The translations under genes and the position numbers were made by a program. Below the pieces are notes generated by a model that was not told the DNA's origin, ran no database searches, and saw only the letters and a program-made list of their open reading frames with translations. Shown piece after piece: positions 46,906 through 62,825 of a stretch of DNA of 64,000 bases; the first letter of the stretch is position 1, and every line of letters starts with the position of its first letter. The stretch lies in NCBI RefSeq assembly GCF_009914755.1, contig NC_060926.1. The stretch is one strand, 5' to 3'. The DNA is from the human T2T-CHM13v2.0 reference genome, Homo sapiens.

Positions 46906-47214
46906 AAACCCACACCAAAAAAACTGTATGAACAGCTGACAAGATGACTACAGTGTTTTTCTTTTGTCTGTTTCCACTAGCATAAAAGACTTCATATTTT
47001 TAAAAAGTTTCTTATCCCAGAAAATATCACAATCCGTTTAGAATACGAGTTCAGGCTCAATTCCTTCCTGACTGTACAGAAGAGCTCAAGATGTTGCAGA
47101 CCTTATCTTAAAAGCTGGCTTGGTAGTCACCTAAACATTTCATAAATAATTTACTAACTCTCAAAACACTAAACACGCAGGCCCTTGATTTCAAAAGCCA
47201 ATCTTGCTGGGATG

Positions 47215-47535
47215 GAGTGGGGTGGGGGACCTGGGATGGGGGATGAAAGGGGTTGGAAATGGGGAGATATTGGTCAAAGGGTACAAAGTTTCAGTTAGTG
47301 TGAATAATAAGTTCTGAAGATCTGTTGTCTAACATGGTGACTGCGATAAATGTATTGTGTCCTTAAAAATTGATGAGAGTAGATCTTAAATGTTCTCTTC
47401 ATTAAAAAATGGTGCAATGGATACGTTAATTTCATTGATGTAATCATTTCACAATGCATACATATGTCAAAACATCACCTTGTACACCACAAATATACCC
47501 AACTTTTATTTGTCAATTACACTTTAATAAAGCTG
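47215..47535 (+). mobile_element. L1MA/MB 3'UTR fragment just upstream of the CpG island
   Basis: GGTCAAAGGGTACAAAGTTTCAGTTA..AGAGTAGATCTTAAATGTTCTC..AATAAAGCTGG. Confidence 0.8.
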
Positions 47536-47619
47536 GGGGAAGCCACTCTTTTTTTGGGCACAGCATCCGGCTTTTATTTACTAACTTTGAGAACAGAGTA
47601 CCTTGATCAATTAAATGGT

Positions 47620-48265
47620 AGGGAGCGCTGTGGAGACAGCATCCTCCCCAGTCCGGGAAGAGAGGCCTAGGATGCCTGGGGCCCAGCGGCCTCTTCCCTC
47701 CTGGCGTCCCCGGCTGCCCTCGCTCCCAGGCCCCGCAGTCTCATTTGCCGCTTCCGACGCGTGACCCCGGCGCGCTAGCGTCCGGGACCGGTGACAGGCG
47801 CGGGGTGCGCCAAGCAGTCCCATGTGTCCCCTCCCTCTCGCAGCCGCCGCAGTCGCTGCGCCCCGAGCCCCTCTCCGGCTCCTCAACAGAGGGCTCGCCG
47901 CCGCCATGTCTACCGCCCAGTCACTCAAATCCGTGGACTACGAGGTGTTCGGAAGAGTGCAGGGTAGGAGGCCCCTCTACGGTGGGAGATCAAAAAGGTT
48001 ATGGGAGGAAGGGGAGAAAGCTGTGAGAAGCGCCTCCCACCTAAAGTATGCCTTTTCCCGTTGTGGCTGGGACTTCCGCTCAGCCATGACACAGCAGCGG
48101 CGGCGGGGAGGGAGGCGAAACGCGCATGCGCCCGAGGACTTGGACGGGCGGAAGTACGGGAATGGGGAGGGAAGTGGCGGAGCGGGAGAGGAGGGGTCAG
48201 GGGACTGCTGAGGACCAGAAGTGGGCGGCTGCTGGGTGCGGGAGTAAGCGGCACGGGGGAATGTT
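47620..48265 (+). promoter_or_regulatory. ACYP2: CpG-island promoter and first exon region of ACYP2
   Basis: Only non-repeat CpG-dense GC-rich stretch in the window. NRF1 palindrome GCGCATGCGC 48122-48131; ETS cores ACTTCCG 48072-48078 and CGGAAGT 48149-48155; YY1-like CCGCCATGT over the start codon. TSS cannot be placed from sequence. Confidence 0.9.
47906..47963 (+). CDS. ACYP2: Acylphosphatase 2 (muscle type), first coding exon (MSTAQSLKSVDYEVFGRVQ-G, phase-1 intron follows)
   Basis: Translation matches the ACYP2 N-terminus, including the start of the acylphosphatase GRVQGV motif. Strong Kozak GCCGCCGCCATGT; donor CAGG|GTAGGA at 47963/47964; lies in a CpG island. Confidence 0.96.
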
Positions 48266-48827
48266 GAAGTTGGGTAGGAAAAGAAGAGGGTCTTTTAACT
48301 AGTGGTCTCGTTGCTTGCCACTGAAGCTACCTGGGCTTGACTTGAGTTTTAGGAAGGACACTTAGATGGTTTAAGGTTAATTTTTCAGAGGTCAAACCTT
48401 TTTTTAGACCTCTTTGTAGCTCTTAAAAGAATGAAATTGTTATCTAATTTTTGTTTCATCCTAAGTTTAAGTAGTTGCCAAGTTTGTAATGTCTGGCTTG
48501 TTGAAAATATTGATATTTATAAATGAAAATATTAAGTCACTCTGAGATTTATGCAATGGAATATAAATAGGGTAGTGATTTAATATCCACCATCTTCATT
48601 TAAAATAAAACTCTTCAACAATGGGAAATTTTACTCATTTCTTTTCCTCTTTGAATTTGATTTTCATTTCACTTTTCCCACCGAATTACCCCATTGTTTT
48701 GCTTGAGGGTTTTTTTTTTTTTTTTTGCTCACCCTATCATACTTTTCTGCAATATGTATATGTACATATATGCACATGTATGAATAAGTGTAATGCTTTT
48801 TCTTAATTTCCTTTGACAATAAGGCTC

Positions 48828-49366
48828 TCTTAGAAACAAATGCTGGTTCTTTGGTGCCAAAAAGAAGAACTAGCGCTCAAAGAATTTTCTCAGCAAGGCA
48901 ATTTTACCTCTATAGAAGGGTGCGACTCGCGGATGAAGCAATGGCAACGGCACACCTGAACAGGGGAGGGGAAGGGGTTCTTATTCCTGATGCAGGTAGC
49001 CTCTACTGCTGTGTCTTTCCCCTACTGGCTAGGGTTGGACCGCACAGTCTAAGCTAATTCCGACTGGCTATTTTAAAGAGCAGGCGTACGAGCTCAAGTG
49101 GCGGGGTGAATAATTTGGCAGGAAGGGTGGTTACAGAACAGGTGACTCAGGATGATTCAGGTCAGAGCAGGTGACCAGGGGTGACTCAGGATGGAGCAGG
49201 TGACCAGAGGAATAGAGGTGAACTACTGATTAGAACTGGTGGAAAAGGTTGTTTACTGAAACTAGAGGCGAGGAGAACGAGGAAGCTAGACTTTAGAGCG
49301 CAAAGAACCGAGCATACTGACATACTGATTCTTTGAAGAGAAATTTAGAACTCATTGTATTCAACA
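48828..49366 (-). mobile_element. Solo LTR10 (HERV-I/ERV1) with AP-1 repeats
   Basis: Minus strand begins TGTTGAATACAATGAGTTCTAAATTTCTCTTCAAAGAATCAGTATGTCAG (LTR10-type start); 4-bp TSD GCTC at 48824-48827 and 49367-49370; TGACTCA at 49143 and 49182. Confidence 0.85.
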
Positions 49367-49489
49367 GCTCCAAGTATTAAATTTTTTGTCTGGATGGAGT
49401 TATTATTGAAATTATTATTAGAACACTAGATGAAAATATAAAAAGTATGATAAACATTATTAAAATTTAAAGGTAAATTTGTGTTAGAA

Positions 49490-49801
49490 GTTTATTTTTT
49501 TAATTTTATTTTTTTAAGAGATGGAGTCTTGCTCTGTCACCCAGACTGGAGCAAGTGCAATGGCACAATCATAGCTCACTGCAGCCTGGAACTCCTGGGC
49601 TCAAGTGATCTTCTGCCTCAGCCTTCTAAGCAGCTGGGACTACAGGCTCATGCCACCATGCATGACTAATTTTTAAAATTTTTTTGTAGAGAAAGGGTCT
49701 CTGTTGCCCAGGCAAGTCTCGAAATCCTGGCTTCAAGGGATCCTCCTGCACTTCGCCTCCCAAAGTGATGGGATTACAGGCGTGAGCCACTGCACTCAGC
49801 C
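49490..49801 (-). mobile_element. AluJ
   Basis: Reverse dimer. Confidence 0.9.
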
Positions 49802-49964
49802 AGAAATTTATTAATGAGAAGACTGGGGGTGTTTATGGAACCTCGGTTGGTGGAAGAGTTGAATTATCCTTGTATTTGGTACTCTAGAGGTTTTTACACT
49901 TTGGTGCAGTGTACCAGGGTAAGATTAAGAATGGGTAAAAGTGTGCCTTTTGTAAAGAGATCTT

Positions 49965-50268
49965 TTTTTAATTTAATTTTATTTTTATTTCCTATAGGTC
50001 TTTGGAGAACAGGTGGTGTTTGATTACATGAATAAGTTCATTACTGGTGATTTCTGAGATTTTGGTGCATCCATCACCCAAGCAGTTTACACTGTACCCA
50101 ATGTGTAGCCTTTTGTCCCTCACCCCGTCCTACCCTTTCCCCCCTGACTCCCCAGAATCCATTGTATCATTCTTTTATGCCTTTGCATCCTTATAGCTTA
50201 GCTCCCACTTAGAAGTGAGAACATAGAATGTTTAGTTTTCCATTCATGAGTTACTTCACTTAGGATAA
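49965..50268 (-). mobile_element. L1PB 3' end fragment
   Basis: GGTGATTTCTGAGATTTTGGTGCA is the reverse complement of the same L1PB 3'UTR. Confidence 0.85.
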
Positions 50269-51257
50269 CAGGAGACCTTTCTTTCAAAGGATGATTGTGC
50301 AAAGGGAGGTAGGAAAGGAGTCTCAGGTCAGTTTTAGGAAGGAATATATGTGGAAGTTGAAGATCTGGAAATTGATTCCCTGAACATTATGCATGGATCT
50401 GTACTCTTTAGAAAGTCTTTGAGTGAACCCAGCGGTATGTTATCCTGCTTTGAAAACTGCCACAATAAGTCACCAAAACACGTAATGTAAAATACGAAAG
50501 TGGTGGCAAAGATCACCTGACAGAATGGTCCACTAGAGAGAAATGGCAGTAGTGAAGGAGTCTGTGTGTGTGTGTGAATGTGTGACATTTATTATGGGTG
50601 TTCTTTGTGCTGAGCATTTCACTGTTGTTTACTTAATCATCACAATTTTGTGAGATGCATGTCTTATTCCTGTTTTAACAAGGACAAAACAGGTGCACAG
50701 AGATTCAGTAACTTGGACAAGCCCTTAGTTGACAAATGGGATTTGATTCTACATCTCTCTGACTTTAAAAGTTGTGCTTTCCCATTATAAGATGTTATCT
50801 GCTATTACATTATATATTTCTATTAACTATACAATTCCACTTTTGTGCACATAGTGGTAACACGGTATATAATCAATTTGGACCAGCAGTAAAAATATGG
50901 AAAAGAGAAACGTACTATACATAAATAGTGGGGTTTAAAAAGTCAACTTTAGGGCAATAATTCCTATAGTTTGCAGTATGCTAAATGGAAGAGAGTACAT
51001 GCCCACTATTGATCAAGGCATAGTATGTAGTACAAACTCACCATCACATATTTACATACATCTACATTGACATTCCCTGACAATTTAGAATGTGCCAAGC
51101 TCTGTACTCAACATTTTACATATATTGTCTCATTTAATCCTCATCCCTGTAACTGCAATGGTTTTTCTCATTTAACAGATGGAGACATTGAGGCGTGGGG
51201 AAGTAACTTCTTTCCCAGTTATACACAAGTTAAGAAGTGGGATTTGAATCTTAGTAG

Positions 51258-51259
<2 letters not shown>

Positions 51260-51293
<34 letters not shown>

Positions 51294-51604
51294 GGGTCTC
51301 ATTATGTCACCCGGGCAAGATCATAGCTCACTGCAGCCTTGAGCTCCTGGGCTCATATGATCTTCCTGCCTCAGCCTCCTCTTGAGTAGTTGGGACTACA
51401 GGCATGAGTCACCATGCCCAGCTAACTTTTTAATTTTTCCTTGGTAGAGAGGGAGTCTCACTATGTTGACTAGGCTGGTTTTGAACTCCTGGCCTCAAGC
51501 AAGCCTCCCACCTCGGCCTCACAAAGTTCTGGCCTTATAAGCATGAGCCACTAGCCTGGGCAACAGAGTGAGACTGTCTCTAAAGAAACAATAAAATAAA
51601 TAAA
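51260..51604 (-). mobile_element. Reverse AluJ fused to the 3' tip of a forward Alu
   Basis: Junction GAGCCAC|TAGCCTGGGCAACAGAGTGAGAC at ~51551. Confidence 0.85.
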
Positions 51605-51899
51605 GTATGGAATAATAAAATTTTAGTGAAAACTGTCTTGTTAGAAATAATGGCTATGAAAGTAAATTCGCAATGGAAGAACCTATAATTGGGAACATTT
51701 ATTATGGACAAAATACGGATTGATAAAGTCATCATTAAAATATTTGAGTGGAAACTATTCCCAGTGAAAATTGTTTCAATGACATGAAAGTGAACATGGA
51801 AAAAATGGAAAATGTTTTAACCCTCCTGTATGGAAAATTGATCAATGAATTAAATTGGCTTGCTTGAGTTTATTGCAGAAAACGTTTTCCAACCAAAAA

Positions 51900-52400
51900 T
51901 GATGTGTTGTTAGTATAGGGACCGTACAACTGGTTTAAGCCAATATGGATACATTATTATGAACTAAAGTCCTTACTTTTTTCAAGGTTTCCTTAGTTTT
52001 TACCTAATGTCTTTTTTTTGGTTCCAGGATCCCATCCAGATACATTTAGCCCCCTTGCCTCCTCAGGCTCCTTGAGGCTGTGACATTCTGTTAGACTTAC
52101 CTTGTTGTTGATGACATTGGCAGTTTTAAGGAGTACTTTGAGGTCAAGTACTTTGTAGAATGCTCCCCAATTGGGATTTGTCTGATATTTTTGTTATGAT
52201 AAGACTGGGATAATGGGGTATTGGAAGGAAGACCACAGAGGTGAAGTGCTGCTCTTGTCACACCTATCAAGGGTATATACTGTCAATCTGACTTATCACT
52301 GTTGATGTTAACCTTGATCACCTGGCTGTGATAGTGTTTGTCTGGTTTCTCCACTCTAAAGTTACTCTTTTTTTTCTCTCTCTCTTTTCATCCTGTACTT
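51900..52400 (-). mobile_element. L1MC/MD fragment
   Basis: GGAAGACCACAGAGGTGAAGTGC and GATGTTAACCTTGATCACCTGGCTG motifs. Confidence 0.7.
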
Positions 52401-52772
52401 TAAAAAATCTTCACATTCTCAAGGAGCTCCACGTTTTTTCCCCATCAACTTCCCTTGCATCAAGGACTTTGGGAGAGGGTTAAGAGAGCTGGGGACTGAG
52501 CCCCTGTGCTTTTAGAGTGTTTGTAACTGTGGCCTGGTTTATAATGTTTCTATAGATGTTTAATTATATTTACATCTAGAATAATATAATCTGAAAATTT
52601 GAAAGGGAAATTGATTATGCTGTGTATAGATGCTTTGATGCTTTACCAGCTCTCAGGGGAATACTAATGACACTCCTAGAAATGCATTGTGACTATCTGT
52701 TGGTATACATGTGCTTAGAATTTTTTTTTGACTGAGTTTTTTTAGAATAAGAGTAGCTTATTTGACTACTGA

Positions 52773-53694
52773 TGACACAGAATTCTTTCAGTGCCACTTT
52801 GCCAGCCAGAAATCTCCACGGCTAGTGGCACCTCTGCCCAGGCTTTGCTTGGGCCCACTGGGCTTACTCTGCCCACTTGGCCCAGCAGACTGCGCTCAGG
52901 CTGTGCTACTGGTCTGGATCCTGCGCTTGCCTTGGCTCTGTGGTCAGCCCGCAGCTGGTCCAGGGGTGCCATGACCAACTTCTACCTTGGATGCTGGTGT
53001 CTGGATGAGGGGGATGTGGCAGTGCCCAATAACTTGGAGATGCCAGCAACCACAGAGCCCCAAGGTGTGTTACAGCTTTTGCTTGGGGAGTCCTGAGGCC
53101 TGAGCCTCCAGAAAGTGTTACACTGTCGTTCATTTCTGCTGTCTGCAGCTTCAGTGAATGGGAGCGTGTCACAACTCATTGGGTCCTGCTGCCTGCAGCT
53201 CAGCAAATGGGGGCATGTTGGCACACAATGGTTTTTTCACTCCTATAGCTCGGCGAGCATGAGCATATGTTACAGCTCTTTTTGCACCTGCCATTCGCTC
53301 TTGTCCCATGACCAAGAGGAATGAGGTACGCGGACACTGGAGAGTGAACAAGGCAGAGAAGAATTTTATTGACTGACAGAAAAGCTCTCGATAAAGAGAG
53401 GGGACCCGAAGTGGGTAGCCCTCTGTGTGAGAGGGGGCCTGAAAGTGGATAGCCATCTGTAAGGCTGAGTCTGGGGTTTTTATGGGCTCAGAATGGGGTG
53501 TATGCTAATTGTTCCATGGGTGGGCCTGGAAAAAGCACCATTCAGTTGGCTAAAAGGCATCGAGGAAGTTCTCACTCTGGTTGTGGACTCCACCTGGAAC
53601 TGGCAACTCGGTTTCAGGTTTCACTTGAAGGTCTGGTTTCACCGGAGACCTGTCCCTGTCTACCGAGGAATTTGTCTGTTTCCTACTGCTATAA
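52773..53694 (-). mobile_element. Solo ERV1 LTR (LTR27/LTR28-like)
   Basis: 4-bp TSD CTGA at 52769-52772 and 53695-53698; minus strand begins TTATAGCAGTAGGAAACAGACAAATTCCT, with CATAAAAACCCC TATA-like box and AATAAA. Confidence 0.75.
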
Positions 53695-56402
53695 CTGAGA
53701 TGAATACCATATTTCTTAAATATTGCTTAAAATGAAAACTGGGATGAATTATTAAATGGCTTTGTCAGATAATGCATGATTTAGAAGTACACATTTTTCT
53801 TACATAGACAAGTAAATGGAAAAGCTGTGTTTTAGAGGTTGAAAATATTAAGTACCACCATTAAAGTCAAGAAACATAAATATGGTTAACTCTAATTCCC
53901 TCTCCTGTCTTTGTTCTTATAGTATTTTATTTATAGTAGTTATACTTTGTGTTTATCCTTTTAATCATTCTGCTTTCAGCTACAGTTATCTGTGTACACT
54001 TGTATGTGTCTCTCACTAGAAAATAATGACAGTATTTTGAAGGTCAGGCTGGTGGCTTGTTTTCATATCCCCTACACGGCTACGCCTCTAGTGGGTCCTT
54101 CAAAAGTGAACTGAATTAAATTGAAGTATTTGGGGATATCTGGCTTGGAGAAGAAATTGTAGTGTGATGGCTGTTTTAACTGTTTGAAAGATGCCGTGGT
54201 GTATGGCTCCAGGGAACAGAACCTGGACTGATGGTGAAAGGTTAAGTAAGGCAGAATTTTATTCCACATAAGGAAAGCTTTGTAACAATTAAAGATATTT
54301 ACAGTCATTAAGGGCTGCTTTGTAAGGCAGCATATAGATCACTTCCTGCATTCAAAATTGACACATGCAGTCAGATCCCAGGATGAAATGGTAGGTTACA
54401 ATATAAAAAATAGGATTTTACATGAAAAGGTGTTGACATTTAAAACTCATCACAGGTTTCTTTAAATATCAGTGTGTGTTTGTCAATTCAAAGTATGATT
54501 TACTTTGCAAACATTCCTCTCAGGGTTTCTCACTGACACCTCTTTCCACAAAGTGAGGTACAGTTGTAGTGGACTGGACCTTGACTGAGCAGCATATCGT
54601 GCTGGAGTCTTTTATCACCAAAAGGGCTGATGTCTGCCCCAGTTTCCAGAGCAGAGTGTCTGTAAAAAACCTGCATGTGTCATATCAGCTTTCCTTCTCT
54701 TCAGCAAGTGAGGTGGAAAAAGTATGGGGAGGCCACGAAAGCCCATAGATAAATCTCCTACAGAAGCCCTGTCCCAAGAGGGCTGTGTTCCAGCCAACAC
54801 TGATAAAGTGCAGAAAAATGTCTCCACATCTACCTTTTCTTTCTATATAGATATCTATCTGTTGTGCAGTATGCTTCATACTAGGAATCAGGACTCTCAG
54901 AAAGATTCTGGGAAAATTCCTGGTGGCTTATGAAACTTTGAGCAGTTGATTCCTGCATGGTTCAGTGCCTTGCAGAGTTAATGGGCTAGAAGTCTTGAGA
55001 CTCCTTGGCTCACCTTCCTCCCAAGGCTTTAAAATAAGAGTTGTAGTTTGAGGGGCCCAACAAATAACACCTATCTTCATTGTGTGAGTTACTGTCAAGA
55101 CAAAGAGTAAAGCGGAGTTTTAGGAATGTGATGTCTATCTGCAGGTAAGTGGACTTTATAATGACCTGTACTACAGAATTAAACAGTGGCCACCCCAAAC
55201 TTCAGGCACAGGGAGGCTACTCTAGGGTAGAGCCAGAAGTATGATCCCTGTGGGTAACTTGCTCCCAGCGGGAGGAAGAAGAGGACATGCCTGGGCTGTG
55301 CATGTTTCTCCTTCTAAATTTACCCAGTAGATGAGTCACTGCATGTCCCTGTGACAAGGGCAGGGTAGAAAGTAGCCAGGAATGACACACTAATGATACG
55401 CCTCCTCACAGAAGGAATTTCCGCTAGAGAGAAAGATGCTTTCTCCTGCAGAAATAAGTTATAAAATCTAGAGAGAGCTCAGTCATTTAGTTCTACTTGC
55501 CGTACTTCAAGAGGATCTTCACTGCAGTTGTTTTGGTATGGAGTGATAGGAAAAAGTCAGGGAGGTTGTACGGTAAGCAAAATTGGAGAATGACTGCCCT
55601 TGTTCTACAAATAGAGGTAGGAAGGACTACATCATAGTCCTGTTTTCTGCTTTCCTTTTTTTGTGTGTGTGGCATTAACAAAATTGAGATATAATTTACA
55701 TAACACTAAATATACAGTAGTTTTTAGTATATTCACAATGTTTTGCAGCATTACCATTAATTCCAGAACATTTCCATCACCCCTCCTTCCCTTTACCAGC
55801 TGCTTCCCATTCCCCACCTCATTCCCCCATTCCCCACTTCTTCCTCCATCCCCTGGCATGTTAAAGTGCCTCAGGGAAGTCAGGGACAAAGTCTCTGATG
55901 TCCTTGGCCTCTCCCTCAAGATTTCAAGATTGCTGCTTAGCTCCAATCATAATATTCATACCATGATTAGGAGAAAAAAGGGTACCAGTGCAATACCCCA
56001 ACATGGAGAAACCACTAACTCCCAGCCAAGTCAGCCCCTGTTGAAGAGCTGTCTTGAAAGTCCCAACCAGTGATACGGCTTACATTTCATTGGCCATCCC
56101 CACTATAAGGAAGTCTGGGAAACATCAACTGGCACATTGCTGCCCCAAGTAAAATCAGAGTTCTGTTAGAAGGGAAGAATGGGAGAATGGATTTGGGGTA
56201 TGCAACTAGCTGTGCCTGTCACAGTCGTTCATATATTAAATACACTTCTAAACAATTATTACATTTGATGTTTTTTTCCCAAGTAGTGACACAAAAGGAC
56301 ACATTACAAAAAGATTGTGATCTTGTGTCCATAACCTCTCCTTCAAAACACTGGCTCCGTAACCAAAAACAACCTAAATTTCTATTAAGTTCATATTGAA
56401 TC

Positions 56403-57258
<856 letters not shown>

Positions 57259-57492
57259 CCAAATGCTTTTAAATTTAAAACTTTGAAAATTTAAACCAAA
57301 TTAACATATGCACATGGATTTAAAAAAAAAAACTCAAAACAGTATAGAAAAGCTGGTGATAAAAAGCAACAGCTACCATATCCTGCTCCAGTTTCCAACC
57401 CCAAATCCTGTATATTCTATAAAACAACCAATTTGACCATTTATTTTTAAAGTCTTGTGGTTTTTATGTCTTTTGTTATGTATATACTATGT

Positions 57493-61709
<4,217 letters not shown>

Positions 61710-61719
61710 ATACTATGTA

Positions 61720-62190
61720 TATGCCTAATGTTATGTATATGCATAATGTCAATTTAGGCATTATTAGTAACTTCTTGCTATCTATTATAGTATATATACT
61801 ATCTATTATATATAATAGATATGTACTATGGAGATATATGTGAGCATTAAGCATGTATGTCTACTTATATATGTGTATTATATATTCAGTCATTATATAT
61901 TATCACTGTGTAAAGTTCTACTAGAATCAACATAGAATTCTTGAGATTCTTTCCAGAACTTTGAATGCAGTAAATTGAGCATCATCACTTTGAAAGTAAA
62001 CTTAAAGTCTAATAAATATGATTATATGTATATTCACAATATACATTAACAATAAATATAATATATAATCAATATGTTAATATTATTAATGATATTATAT
62101 TATAAATGTATAATACATATATAATAAAGATATATAAAAATTTATATGATAAATTATTATAGGATAGTTAAATATTTCACATAAATATTT
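61720..62190. repeat. AT-rich low-complexity region
   Basis: Degenerate TA/TAT repeats, most extreme at 62010-62190. Confidence 0.8.
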
Positions 62191-62209
62191 ATCAGCTGGT
62201 TTTTAAAAA

Positions 62210-62825
62210 TTCATTTATTCAACAACCATGTGCCAAGCTCTGGTCTAGGTGTTGGGGACACAGTGGTAAGTAAACAAGACAGAAAAATTCCTGTTCTTAT
62301 GGAACTGACAATCTACTATAAAGATAGGAAATCAAAAAGTAAACAATGTATGTGCAAGAAACATGGGGTGCATTGCTGTTTTAGATAAATTTGTTGGGGA
62401 ATATTTCTTTAAGGAGGTGACATTTGTATGGAGGGATAAATAATGGGAAGGAGCCAGTAATGAGAATATCAGGGGGAAGAGGATTCAGGCAGAAGGAATA
62501 GTCAGTACAAAGGCTAGGGGGCTTGGCATCTTTAAGGGGCCAAAGGAGGCATATCTGGCTGGAATGGGGTGAGTAAAGAGGAGAGAAGTAGGATATGAGG
62601 TAGAGGAATTAGGGGGCTGTGGCAACCAGAATACATTTCATTTCCAGTGTAGTGGGAGCCCCTGTGGGCTTTTAAGCTGGGGAAGGAGATGCTTTGATTT
62701 TTAGTTAAGAAAAGGAAACCATGTTGGGTGCTTTATGGAGAATACACTGTAAGGGGGGCAGAATTGGAAGCAGGGAGGCTAGTTAAGGAGGTTCTTGTAG
62801 TAGATGAGTTGAAAGATTATGGTAA
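62210..62825. mobile_element. L2 fragment
   Basis: ATTCATTTATTCAACAA..ATGTGCCAAGC start followed by the purine-rich L2 body. Confidence 0.7.

Noticed and set aside
47964-48211. Continuation of the 129-aa ORF (47822-48211) past GRVQG
   Set aside because: Similarity to acylphosphatase stops at the GT donor; the remainder is intronic read-through in GC-rich sequence.
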